A stretch of 64,000 nucleotides of DNA, from assembly GCA_024679065.1 (NCBI GenBank), contig JAGIQG010000011.1, positions 63,922,001 to 63,986,000 on the forward strand, in the 5' to 3' direction. Both the position numbers and the translations under genes were made by a program. Positions within the stretch are counted from its first letter, which is position 1; each line of letters starts with the position of its first letter. This document shows positions 25,381 to 38,170 of the stretch, one piece after another. The notes beneath the pieces are model-generated. The model was not told where the DNA came from, did no database searches, and saw nothing but the letters and a program-made list of their open reading frames with translations. The stretch comes from Sphyrna mokarran. Taxonomy: Eukaryota.

Positions 25381-25961
25381 AGAGTTTATTTGTTAAGACT
25401 AAAGCTCATTGAATTGAAGGAAAATTCTTGAACTGGTTAGGAAATAAGGAAGAATGCAAGAAAATGAATTTGCATTCATACATGTCAACTGTTCAGTATA
25501 TTTATTAATAACTTAGCTAACAGAATTTTTTGCAGAAATGTAAGTAGCAGAGTAAGTAGTGTGAACAGTCATCAAATTCCAAAATACAATGATTAAGCTT
25601 AAATGAGTGGGTGAAACTGAGACAGATGGATTGCAACACAGGTAAGTGTGATGTGACCTAAATAGGATATGTCCAATATGGTGAAAGATTTTCCAGCTAT
25701 TGACACCCCACTACTGCAAACGAAGACAGAGAATTTGGCGCTCGGCCAAATCGTTGTTGACTGCAGTGGGACTAGAAAATCCCGTCAATTCAAACGCTGG
25801 TAGATTCTGCCCTAGGAATCTTAGAGGTTCAAATGATTCAGGGATTCAATAAAACAGGCCTCTTAAATGTAAAATATAGTAAATATGATCAAAATTCTGA
25901 TGGAATGCTTGACATATAGGGGGCTAAAATATACAGATATATGTTTTCCTACATCTAAAGG

Positions 25962-26354
25962 GCTACGGCTACATCTACGGCTAAGAGGGGATCTTATTGA
26001 AGCATATAAGATGATTAGAGGTTTAGATAGGGTGGACAGTGATAGCCTTTTTCCTAGGATGGAGAAAGCTAGCACGAGGGGACACAGCTTTAAATTAAGG
26101 GGTATGAGTTATAGGACGGATATCAGAGGTAGGTTCTTTACTCAAAGAGTGATTAGGGAGTGGAATGCCCTGCCTGCAGCTGTTGTAGATGCGCCAAGTT
26201 TGGTGGCGTTTAAGAGGTTAATTGATAAGTATATGGAAGAGAAGGGAATGGTTTAGTTTGGAGGGGCATTGCTTTTTATTTTGGTCGGCACAACATCGAA
26301 GGCCGAAGGGCCTGTTCTGTGCTGTAATGTTCTATGTTCTATGTTCTATGTTCT
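25962..26354 (+). mobile_element. Young CR1 3' fragment with (ATGTTCT)n tail
   Basis: Open ORF2 end RLRGDLIEAYKMIRGLDRVD...WNALP..., near-identical to 56408-56572. Confidence 0.95.
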
Positions 26355-29122
26355 AAATAAAACCCTGGTAAGACAATAATTGGATTCGGCTCCTTTATAG
26401 GGATATATTGGCCATGGAATGAATGCAGCATGGATTAATCAGAACTTTACCAAGATTTTAAAGGTTAAATGAGACATATATTCCTGAATTTTAAGGGAGG
26501 ATTCAAAGACATTTTTTTAAGATTTTGAAAAAGGAAGTGTATTCAAGGTTACATGATTTTCATCTTACATCCAAGTCATTCATGAAAGAAATTAAGAAAT
26601 ATTTCTTCCCACGACAGAAGTCTAGAATCACCAACATAAACAGAATAGATTAACACATGTAATACTGAGACTGATATATTTTTCCCATGTCTGCATTGGT
26701 AATATTTAGTTGGAATTCAGGTTAGCTGTGATCTCATCGAGTAATAAAAGAGGCATAAGCAGCAGCATGGCCTTCTCCTGTTTCTATGGGCCTAACCTCT
26801 CAGATATTCATTTTGCCAGACTCCAGTTTTGCGTAGTACTCTCCATATTCAAATCCTTGATACCACATCATGTGATGTCTTTAGCTTTAATGACAAAGAT
26901 TGCAAAGTCAAACAAAGGGAAAGGGAAAATGAAATTTGAGGCCTTCACTAGGTCATTATTAGATACTACCCATAGGTTGAGAATGGGTGCCTCCTGCTCT
27001 GTAGGTTTAATAGCTTCATACCCCCAGAGAGAAAAAAATAAACATTTTCAGACGTTGCATCACAGTCCCTCAGAAATTTGCTGAGAGAATCGAGGATGTC
27101 CATAAAGCTGTAAACGTTTACAAAACAGAAGAAGAAATTGTCACCATTTATGCCTGTGTTGAATCTCCTAAAGCAATCCTAAACTCATCAGACTTTCCTG
27201 CTGCTGTATGCAGATTTATTAAGGAAATGTATGCTGTCTTATTTCTCATTTAATAATGGGAGAAGTATGGATATTTGATATTGAATTACAGGCCTATAAT
27301 CTGTTCAATGGATTCTGATTAAATCATGCTTTATGAGAGCGAAAATTCAATCATATTTAAATAGTCAACTTAAGTGTAAAGTTTAATTTTAGTCTTTTAG
27401 GACATTAATTTTACATTGTCTATCCATGTATGAATCTGGATACCATAAACTAGAACAGCAGAACTGAGATAGTACACCAAGATAATCTGACCTGGACAAT
27501 ACAGAGTTGGTTGAGTATTCTTTATATAAATGTAATGCATTAAACTTCTGCAGTATATGTTAATGGCACCTATTGGTAGGAGGTTTTCATAGCTTCAGTA
27601 CAGTGAGGCATGATATTGGCTGAAAACATTAATATTCCTTTATGACATCATTACTGCAGGTCAGCAAGAAATTATTTTCACGTGATTGCTGCAGAGAAAT
27701 TCTATCTTGAGTAGGTCTTACAATAGTTAGCAAAACAATGCCAAGAAGTTACTGAATGAGACAAAATCCGCATGAAAAGTGAGTCCTACAAAGGCTCAGT
27801 GTATTCCCACCCAAACCTAATGACAACAAGGGTTAGGAAAAATATATTTGCAGTGTTTGAAACTAATTCTGAGGCCTTCAGGCACATGGCATGTGCTGTG
27901 CTTTTTATTGTATTTGCCAACGGTTAAGGAGCACAGACCAAAAGGTCTCCATCTGTATACCTATATGATTCCATTCAGTTCAAGGATGTTTAGACATAGA
28001 GATTTTTATACATCAGAACAGATTTAACCTTTGCATTCTTTTTGGTACCATTGAATGCAGCATCGCAAGAAAATATAGATGGTGTGTATTAGAGCTATCA
28101 CAATGGTTCTAATATCATGGCATAATTGGAGTTCCGAAGAAGTTATATTGGACTTGAAACATTAACTCTGTTATTCTATGCACTGAGATTTTCCAGCATT
28201 TTTTGTTTTAATCATAATTTTATTGGCCTATTGTTCCTAAATATATTTTTAATCTTTTCTCCTATTTTACTACACTTTGTCATTCAGTTTCACACAAAGC
28301 ATAGCATGTTCTATATTAATCTCACCAGTATAATTTCTTCTACAATAGATTGTGTGCTACGGAAACTTTTGATGTGTAGTGTATTTTTTTCGGACAGAAT
28401 CTAAAACTGGTTTGAAATTGTCTCTGAATTTTGATGTTTTCAAAACATTACTTAGAGATGGCTAATTACTGTGTCACCACATTCTCTTTTCCGCTCTGAT
28501 TAAAGTGACTTCAATCTTTTCTAATCTCAACAGAATTCAAAGGCTTTGAAAGACTTTCGAATACATTTGAGCAAAAAGAGTTTTCACTTTAATCCTGGAA
28601 GTGGAAAATGATTTTTCTTGAAGTTTTTAAGAGGACAACCTCCCGCATTCATGCAGTTTAAATCTTACAATGCAATTTGCGCTTGTATCCCTCCTAAGTG
28701 TAATCATGTCAGTGGCAGCTTAGATCTATTGCCCATACATAGGAATGGTAAACAGGTAGACACAGAAGAAACATTGAATGGGAACGTAGATCGATCAGCT
28801 GCGTTTTATGTGGCTGAGATTTATTTTAGTTCTCCTGCAATGAAGGAAGACCTAGGTTCACAAGAACCCGGGACACTTCACTGCTTGATGGGGACTATAT
28901 CTCACTTCAGGCAGAAATTGGCTGGTCTATAAAAATTAAATTAGGGATGTTTATTGTATCTAGTCGAGAGGAAGAGATTCTAATTACAAGGTTGCAGTGT
29001 CAAAATAATCCATTTTTATTTATGTTTACATCCACCGACGAGGAAGCCCAGAGGTAAATTAGAACTAGCGGACCTGAATAAATATTCTCCAACGCAACGT
29101 ACTGGGGGAAACAGTTCCTTAC

Positions 29123-29260
29123 CATCGGTTTTGACAATCACTTCTTTCAGACACATGTCCTGCACGTTGACTGTACAGTTCGCTATAAACTCCGGAGACG
29201 AACAATCGTCGTTTAAGCGGAATTCTTCGCATTGGTAGCACTGGATTTGAAAGCCCAGAC
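29123..29260 (-). CDS. LYPD1: LYPD1 exon 2 (138 nt)
   Basis: cctctccAG acceptor and G|GTAAGG donor. Encodes (G)LGFQIQCYQCEEFRLNDDCSSPEFIANCTVNVQDMCLKEVIVKTD(G). Phase 1/1 joins exons 1 and 3 into a 423-nt ORF (140 aa, 12 Cys in the LU domain). Confidence 0.96.
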
Positions 29261-29777
29261 CTGGAGAGGAAGGGGGGAGGGGGGATATAATAAAGTTAAA
29301 ACGAATACGGTGCGTGCATTAATCGAGTGTCAAGGCAGCCTCGTCGCTCTTAATTTATCTAAAGATTTGCCCATTGAGATGACAATGGAGAGTACAGAGT
29401 GAAGTGAATCCAATAAACTGCAGGATCGCTCATGCGAAATAATTTCACGGTCTGAGATTATATAAGCTTTGATCATTCGTTTCTGATTCACTTATGGACC
29501 TTATTAACTTTTATTGTCATTAATTAACTGCTCCGCGCTCCGACAGATCACACATATTGATTTATGGAGAATAAACTACACAAACCTGAAATGCTTCTCT
29601 GCTCCAACCTTAGCATTGATTACAGCAGAGAAAATGCATGTCAGTTTTTTTTTGGCTGAAGCAATTTCAGAAGAAATGACTTCGGATGGTGTGAAATTGA
29701 CTTTCCTGGGAAGGTGGGTGGGTGAGGGAGGGGAGACGGGGGGAGAAAAGGAGAGGGCAAGGCAGTGACAGGCTTAC

Positions 29778-29826
29778 CTGTGGAGGCTAAATATCCGCAG
29801 AAAGTTGTGTAAATGAAGAGCTCCAT
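29778..29826 (-). CDS. LYPD1: LYPD1 exon 1 (signal peptide)
   Basis: ATG in strong context (AGAATGG). Encodes MELFIYTTFCGYLAST(G). CAG|GTAAGC donor, phase 1 matching exon 2. Confidence 0.9.
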
Positions 29827-30900
29827 TCTGCTCGGGCTGCGGGGAGAAGGTAAGGGGGAGAGAGCGTCCGACCAGGCTCAGGCGAGCTCCCTTGGTCCAG
29901 CCATGTCTGCACACTGGGTCCCTCGGCTGAGAAAAACACTGAAGAGTTTGGAGAGAGAGAGAGAGAGAGCAAATGGACAAGAGACTCGCACCACGTGATA
30001 GCAGTCATCTATCTGGGATTCAGGGAGATACATCAGGGGGAGGGAGGTGAAATAGTCATTAAAACTCAGAAAGAGCGGAGTGAGGAACAATCCCAGCTGG
30101 AGAAGTGGAGGAATACTGATCAAAGGGAGAGGGGCAAGGATATATTACTGTAAGGGGGAGCTCTACAGGACAGAAAGGGTGTTAAACCCTGCCCCCCATG
30201 GACAACATCAAAGCTAATAATTATAAGGACACTGATTTGGGAACAAAATCGACAGCCTCGCAATTCTTCCCTCCCACAATTTCCTCGGGAGTTTGGATAA
30301 AAGTGGCAGAGGCGATCGTTCCACACTAATGGCAGGGTTTGTGTGCCCGGGGGCTTTGAAGCTGGTCAGTTTGTAAAACCCAACATAAGGGCTGCGGGAA
30401 TACCGCAATCACTGGGACTGAGCTCTGGGGTGCCAAGTGGAGTGAGTGATTCCTTCCTCTCACGCGGAGGGAACTCGCTGACAAAAGCGCCAGTTACAGT
30501 CTTCACACAGTTAATCCCAACAAGCCTGACAAGCGTTACTGTAACAGTATTAGAGCGGCTTATCCGAAACACTGGATGATTAGCTGTATGCTTCAAAGCT
30601 TTTCCATTTGTTCTTTCCTTTCTCTCTATATATTATTGCGATCGCGGTTCAGTGGTCAAATCCCTACTTTGAATAAAAGCGCATTTACGATTTGGCCTCT
30701 AACCGCAGCCCAGTGTTTTATTATTAAGTAACTGCAGGTACGCTGCAAGCCTGGCATTGGCATCGATCTTCTGAGTGGAAAGAGGGAGTGCGCGGATAGA
30801 GTTGGTACTGGCCTCTGATACCTACCCCCGCCCTTCCCCACTCCCGGTTAACCATCTGAAACCCTGAATGAAGATGCTTTATTCATTCCCACTGAAGCAA
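29827..30900 (-). promoter_or_regulatory. LYPD1 5'UTR/promoter region
   Basis: Repeat-free and CpG-enriched relative to the window. (GA)9 tract at 29951-29969, CACGTG E-box at 29992-29997. The TSS cannot be determined from sequence. Confidence 0.5.
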
Positions 30901-31169
30901 AAGGCCATACAGTAAACAACAAAAGCGGACCCAGCTTCCTGCAACCAGGTTACTCATTTTGAAAGTTGCCCCTCTCTGCCGCCGAGACTAAAGAGTGACC
31001 CAAGGTGCAGACACGACACAAGTCTGAAAGCATTCTTTTTATTATTAATTTTTTTATTATATTCGTCCTTACATGAAAATATGACATGAATTTCTAATAT
31101 AAACACTCTAAAAGATTGCACCCAGATATTAAAGTAACACTGTTGGTACCGCAAGATTTCGGGTTTTTT

Positions 31170-32343
31170 TTACACACACTTGGTACACTTTATTAGCCGC
31201 TCCGGATCAAAGACTTCTGTGTAGAGAATCCTAGAAAATATCAATATACTACTTTACAATTCCATGTACAAAAGTAGATATAAATATCTCACGGCTAGAA
31301 AAAATACACACCATTTGAAATATCGCACCTTTTATTAGCCACCCCCACCCCCCCCCCGCCAAGTACACATCCGAGCTTGTTAGAAAACAAGGGGGTGGGA
31401 TCACCAAGTGCAGCTCAGCACACATAAGAGCAGAGCTGTTCCTGACATTTGCCCGCTGTCACTGCAGCTGAGATTTAGCATGAAGTTTGTTCAAAAGTGA
31501 AGGGGGTGGGGGGGGGGGAGAAGGAATTTGTTTGGTTGCCTCACCATCCCTCTCCCCTCCCCTGGGAACAATTTGAGTTTGGCTTCTAACGGGAGATGTG
31601 CTCATTATGTAGAACAATATTTAAAATCAAAAACACTACCGTGTGGGTCCCTGATATAGACTTAGTTTTTTAAAAAAAAAAGCGGGGAGGGGGCGAGAGT
31701 GTAGACAAAAACCCCGGAAGAGCCTGGGAAACACATTGATTCAAGTCACCTGAGAGTTTAACATTTGCATTCCCTGGCCTGGCTTCCTCGGTCACTCATG
31801 TGGATACTGCACTTGGGAAAAAGTACAGAAACACTGCTAAAGGCGGCTGTACACTTAAAAAAAAAAGCCATCTGTCATATCTCAAGACTACCACACCATT
31901 TGTGGAATAGTTCATGGCTTCTGGAATTTAATTCCAATCATACTGATAAAACCAAATGCAAGGATAAACAAATGTCAGCGTTAACCTGTGATAGCCGCCT
32001 GTCCAGTTCGAAGTGTGTAAGCCCAAGAGAATTGCACCATTGTTTTGCCATTTATTGCTTCTTGGATTTGCTACAAATATATATTTTTTTCAATTTACAG
32101 AAACAGTAACATATTTATACAGTGCAAAATCGTCTTCCTTAAATCAGTTAATTCACTATTACAGGAGTTGCAGCGTTTCCCAGTTTTCATTCCGCCAACA
32201 GCTGTCAATGTCTGAAACTCGTTCGCCAGTTGTTGGGCTCTCTCCATTCAAGCTGGTGGCTCATTTCGCTGTGGTACCGTCTCGCCGATTTTCCCAATGT
32301 TTTTACTTAGCGGCCCAAGTACTCAATTGAACGCGTTTTATTC
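31170..32343 (-). other. NCKAP5: NCKAP5 3'UTR with poly(A) signals at 31336-31331 and 31194-31189
   Basis: Repeat-free segment after the stop codon. Two minus-strand AATAAA, both in a GGCTAATAAA context; GU-rich sequence follows the distal one. Confidence 0.6.
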
Positions 32344-32628
32344 CTACACCTCATTGGATGCTTGACTGGCGCAAGATGAGAAACTATCATACAGAGAGTC
32401 ACTGAGTGACTCCACATTGTCCACGCCGGGTTTTTCAGGCGAATTTAGTGAGGGCTCCTCGTTTTTCCCGGCGCTCTGCTTCTCCACTTGGGGTTTTGTC
32501 GAACACTTTTTATCCTCTTCTATAATACGCAAACTGGTGGAGTTGATCCTGTTGAGGGTGTCCAACGACACGGTTGGTAGAGTGGGTAGAGTGAGGTCTG
32601 GTCCCTCTTTTCCCAATTGTTTTATTTT
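32344..32628 (-). CDS. NCKAP5: Nck-associated protein 5, terminal exon (conserved frame entered in phase 0)
   Basis: Acceptor ttattacAG at 32630-32629. Encodes KIKQLGKEG...EKPGVDNVESLSDSLYDSFSSCASQASNEV*. The SLSDSLYDSxSSC tail is characteristic of NCKAP5/NCKAP5L, and the gene is syntenic with LYPD1. Confidence 0.88.
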   Translation of the reverse strand, partial: KIKQLGKEGPDLTLPTLPTVSLDTLNRINSTSLRIIEEDKKCSTKPQVEKQSAGKNEEPSLNSPEKPGVDNVESLSDSLYDSFSSCASQASNEV

Positions 32629-35443
32629 CTGTAATAAATCAAAATTGAACAGATTACACTCAACAACTCATGAGGGCTCAGGTGAGAACAGTTTCCTATT
32701 ACATTTAAGTCTCCTTCTTGTACTGTTGCAAACAGTACAGGATCTCTAGCCACAATAGGGAATGCTTAATCTCTGCGGAATACAGCCAGTTCCTGGCGCG
32801 GGGGTGGCGAACACACCATGTACATTGCATTGTTTCTGGTGATGACCTCTACTTCGTTTCCAGTTGCAGTCAATGAAGCTGCTGGGCTTATTCGCAGAGG
32901 TCAATCACAGTACAACCTTATTCCACTTTTAAGATATCATATCAGGAACCCGATACCATGTCAGTAGAAATTCATTTTGTGATTGGGTCTACCTACTTTT
33001 CAATAACGTTCAGTCGCCTTTGCTATGGGAGTCGCAGACTGTTCACATCACTACTATAAAGAGCTCTTAATGTGATCCTCATGGTAAATAGATCAGTTAT
33101 GTATGTTGGTACCTCACACTATTTGTCAGTGCGTCCAGGTCAAAATCAGTCTGAAGACTCAGAAGTTGACAAGTAGTTAAAGCGAGTGCACATTTAATCC
33201 AGATGAGAGCAGCAGGGTTGGATCAATTGAACCGTTTCAGCGCCTACGGTGCAGTAATCTGGTGGTACTCACTGCCTAGCTTTCCATCTGTCTTTGAAAG
33301 TATTAGTTTTAGACTCGTCTTCAAAAGAATCATTCACAGAGTTTGCTAAACAGTTTGCATCCTCTTTTTAAAAGGGAAGGGTAACAAAAACATTTTTTAA
33401 AACAAATTTCTATATTTATTGAATTATTCATTTATTGACTAGCACAATGGAAAGATTTTGAACTCAGAGATCAAAGTGTATTTATACTTGGACATAAAAA
33501 CTGCTATTTGACTCGAGCATTTCAAAGTGCAGACAGCATTTAATCAATATTGCAGACTTGTCGCAAATGAGTGTCTTAGTGCAGGAACTCCCAAGAAGTA
33601 AATCTATAATTTAAAGCACCCATCGCAAAAGATTATGTATCAAGCAGCTATAAGATCAATGTTAAATCCATCAGTATTCATCGGTTAGCCCAAATGTGAA
33701 GAAACCACAAGATTCTTGGTGCTTCTATAGTCGAATTTTCAAACATTTTTTTCTTTTAGCTCCCAATTGAAAGGAATGGGTATATGGTCCATTTGCAAAC
33801 AATTATTTTTGCTTCAGTTGCTGTATAGTTGCCAAAATGGCCTGTTAGCTTTCATTTAAATTGTTTTTTGACCAAGCAGCCATTTTGATTCCCATGTTCT
33901 ATCGTACCATTCCCAACACACTGGAGCATTTCTACAACATTTTAATGAGTACCGAACCCAAAGTCCCCAAATGTGGAAAAGTTTGTCCCAATTACTGATT
34001 TTATATTTGCATGTATTGCTCCCCCAAAAGCCACAAGATTGAGAGATGTGTATTTCAATCTAATATATTAATCTGTTGTCAATCCTATTATGCATGTGCC
34101 AAGCAGAAGTCAAGCACCTCGGGTCAATGTGAACATAACATCAGAGGCTGACCCATTCATAGTTAATAACTATGAACCTTCTTGTGGCTCATTAGAGCCT
34201 TATTATTGGGGATACCGAACATTCATTACCAACACATTTTTTTAAGCATAGTGGTGCATATCTTTGGGAATTCAGATGAATGTGGTGAAATATAGGAGAA
34301 TCATGAAACAGAAAGCATTTTTCCCTTCCCTTCCAGTTTGTAAGGATTTGACACATTTAGAGTATCTTCACCTCCCCAAAGGCAAGTAAACATTTGAAGG
34401 GGACTGCCAGAAATTGTGGACAAACCTTTGTGTTATCTATTGTTCACTGAAAACACCAAATAAAATAAATGAATGCCAACATTACAACTGTATATTTTGA
34501 TCAGGCCCATTTGTGATCTACATCATAAGTGGAATATTATATTCTGAATAAAATTCACTGAACTCAAGAGGCAGCTGTATTCTCTTGGCCCTAAACAAAT
34601 GAGAAAAGTCATTCAGGGGGAGTTCAGTGGTTAGTTATTGTTCTGAGGTAAACTATTTTATTCTGATGAAGATTGCACTTTTTGTTGTCAAGAAACATTA
34701 AAAGAAGCAAAGTCTGCTTGTTGGACCATCTGTATCTAGGTCAATGTCAGTAATCATTAAGAGCAGTAAATATGATAAACCTGCTCAGAATCAAAGGTTT
34801 GCAAGGAATCAGATAACAAGACAGTTATGAAGGATGAAACATAAAAATTAATAAATTACATATATGTAATAACAAAAAGATTTGAGAGCTTTGTATAGGG
34901 ATCAAAGATATGAATTACAATATTGAACAGGAATAAAACACAATCTTTCAATATCATAATCTATCAGTATCATCTTATATAATTGATGACAGGTTAAAAA
35001 ACAAATAGCATTCCATTATATATGGGAGATATGGATAATTATAAGCGATTAACCAAGGTAGAATATTAAAATGAAAATATTTAAAAAAGGTTATCATTTG
35101 ATTTTATTTATGCATTTGGTTTTAGTTAAATTTCTATCTGCTTTTCAGGCAATTAAATGGAGTAAGGATACTTGGTTAACAGATTAGTGGTATTGCATGA
35201 CACAAAAGTAATCTAAAGAAGATGGTATCATGCTGCTCTGGAGACTTAATCATCTTTTTATTGAGAAATTAATAAAACCTAGGTCCATAGCGCAGTACAC
35301 CATCAAGATTGCAAAGCATTGTAAAATAAATCAAGAATAAATCAAGAAATTGCAGCAGTATTGCTCATAGTGGTGCTAGCTGAATAGGATTGAAAGATTA
35401 TAGCAAAGAGAGAGGTTGAGTATTGAACGTAAAAAAAGTACAT

Positions 35444-35720
35444 GGGGTGGCATCAGAGCACAGTGGTTAGCACTGCTGCTTCACAGCACCAGGAGTTCAG
35501 ATTCAATTCCCCGTTGGGTCACTGTCTGTACGGAGTTTGTATTTTCTCCCCGTGTCAGTACTGATTTCCTCTGGATGCCCCACTTTCTTTTCATAGTCTT
35601 AAAGATATCTTGGTTAGGTGCATTGACCCAAACAGGCATTGGACTGTGGCGATTAGGGGAATTTTACAGCAGTGTCAATGTGAGCCTCACTTGTGACTAA
35701 TAGATGAACTTTACTTTTAC
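35444..35720 (+). mobile_element. tRNA-SINE
   Basis: ggggtggca...cagtggttagcactgctgcttcacagc head. Confidence 0.88.
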
Positions 35721-37599
35721 TCACATAAAACAAGAAACTTCGGTATTCTGTCCAGAAGATTGAGATGAAAGAGTGTCCCCAGATATTGATGCTGTGTTTA
35801 TCGCTCAGATTTTATACAGTATTAAAAATTATTTAGAAGTGCTCTTCATTAAAACAGCCAAGACAGTTGACAATGAAATTATATGTTTCGTGCGACCCAA
35901 CATATTTAGAGCTTTATGAATTGCACACATATTTGGGCAAAGTTACTTAAGATTTTGGTTCAAATCTTTGTGAACTTCTGATGACAAATGGTAGAATATT
36001 TGGAAATAACTAAGCAGTGGAGATAAGATTGCTGGGACACAAGTTAGAACAAAAAGTGGAAAAATGGCATCAGGAAACGAGAGAAACAAAAATAATACCC
36101 AGAAGTAGGGGGCTTTGATTAGAAAGAATAACTAGTGAAAAACAAGGAAGACAATAGAAATAGTAACAGTAGGCAATAGTAGGAATGCCTTTCAATAAAG
36201 TTGCATTTAGCAATAGTAACCAGGATCCAGCCACTTTACAAAAAAAGATTGAAAACTGAGTTGTTTCAGGAAAAATATAAAGCTTGACGCAAAGGGCAGA
36301 GCTCACAAAATCAAGCAAAATGGTTAACTTGATTGAGTCAAGATTGAATACGTGTCCAAGGGATAGAAGAGCAAGATATGAAACTTCCCATGTCAGCAAA
36401 AATAACATCACATACTGGCACTACGCCATGTAGTGAAAGCAGCAGCTAGAACTGAATAAAGGAGAAAAGGAATTGTCAACAAGCACTCCAGTTTACTAAT
36501 TTATATTGCCAAACTAGACAGGTCTGGATTACAAAATGTGCTCTATTGCTTGGCATTCTGCAAGAAGCTCCTCAGATCAGAAGAGCTCAGAAGTACGAAG
36601 AGATGAAAATGGATGTGGAAAAAAAATGGTTAATAATTGATAGATTGTCAGAGTAACACAATTTATGTACTAATCAATTAGATCGATATGTGGATAGTTG
36701 GATATGGAGATGGATGTTTTCTGAAAAATATCTTTATTCAGTAACATTTTGCTAGATTATTACTGTGGCGTGGGGGGGGCAAAGGTGGGGTGACTCCAGT
36801 TGCCCCAACCTAAACATTGGGGATGAGCCCACCCCTGCTTAGCCAGCTTGCCCCTCTTTATTTTTTTTTGGTGATGACTCCTTTAATTAGTATAAGGAAG
36901 GAGCTCCACCCAATTAGAGGCCGGAGGTGTGGTCAAGGGAGTGGTGTTCAGTGATGGACTGGGACATTCAGAAATATTAGGCATCTTGCTAAGAGTTGGC
37001 TGACAGTCATGCGGGATATTTTGTGCAGGGGTAGGTGGGAGAGGTGGGGGGCGATGGGGAACAGGGTATCAGTGTTGGGTGGCCAGGGTGGTTGTGAAGA
37101 AGCAAAACTCAAAACTCTGAGAGGGGCCTTTGCTTGGCATTGGTGACTCAGGAAAACAGAGGCATTTAATTGTCCTCTTGAGGGCCTCAGTGAGATATGG
37201 GCGGTTGATCCACCATATGCCTCTCTTGCTGCACATAAAATCATGATGAGGCTGCCAATAGTTCCCTAAGTTATGGGATCCAGCCTCCTGTTTTTCCATA
37301 AAATGCAGCCTTTTTTTGATTTTGTTGTACTTTTGTTGATTCTGTTTTTGCAAAGGCAATGTTACTTTAATTAAGGACAACATGCAAACTAAGTGCATTA
37401 TATACTTTCTTAGTCTTGTACAATTACAACTTTAAAATATAATTTATGAACCATAAAATGCCATCAAATCTATATAGATAGGTGTTTATTGATATATGTT
37501 TAATAGAGCTTTGCCTATGCGTTCAACTTGTCAATAATGGTTCATACTTTAATGTATCAATATCATTCAACCATATACACTAAATTAATGGTGTTTTAC

Positions 37600-38170
37600 T
37601 GTGAATAACTCAACCAGGAAGTTGGTAGTATGAATGATACAAAACTTCATTGATTTTGATTACCAATTCACATTGCAAGTTGATAGACTCAGAATAACAG
37701 TCAAACTTTTTCAGGTATAATTATAAAATGATGCTGTCTATTTGCCAAATATAGTTTGATCACACAATGGGACATTACAATGGGATTGAATTAATCTTCG
37801 AATTACGTCTGCAGTGAATAGGCATTATAACGAATCAATGTAAACTGAGTTTGAAGGATAAAAAATTGCACTTGTCTGCAATATTTCAAATTATAAAAAT
37901 AATAGAAGTAATAATTATGCATTGACAGAAATTGCACTGCAGTGACCGATAAAATAGCAGGAAAAATTAGAAGGTTGGACAGGTTGGTGTGTTAAAAGGC
38001 CCAGCAATTTAATACTGATGTGATATATCTTTGCAATGCTCTTAGTGGCAAGATTATAATCATGAGCAGTTGAATGGAAATGAGAAGTACCAGCTACGCA
38101 TTCTATAGGCTGCAAAGTCTTTACATGGTTTGACAGCTTCAAGGTGGACAAAGAGAACAAATGGATAGAA
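37600..38170 (+). pseudogene. Fossil hAT (Charlie/Buster-type) transposase fragment
   Basis: Collinear degenerate motifs FTLQVD (~FALQLDEST), LCIDxxxxAVTDKIAG (~ICTDGAAAMTG), and FAML..HEQL..EV..KVFTWF (~FxxLC..HxxLLLHTEVRWLSRGKVL), with stops and frameshifts. Confidence 0.5.

Larger units (their letters stand above)
24140..26790 (+). mobile_element. Old decayed CR1 hosting several nested insertions
   Basis: KSPRPDDFH-, VNLTSVV- and aaaccctggtaagac-like CR1 ORF2 remnants in order. Confidence 0.55.

Noticed and set aside
30186-30208. REST/RE1 site upstream of LYPD1
   Set aside because: Only the CCATGGACA core matches; the left half-site is absent.
32417-32749. 110-aa plus-strand ORF
   Set aside because: Antisense shadow of the NCKAP5 terminal exon.
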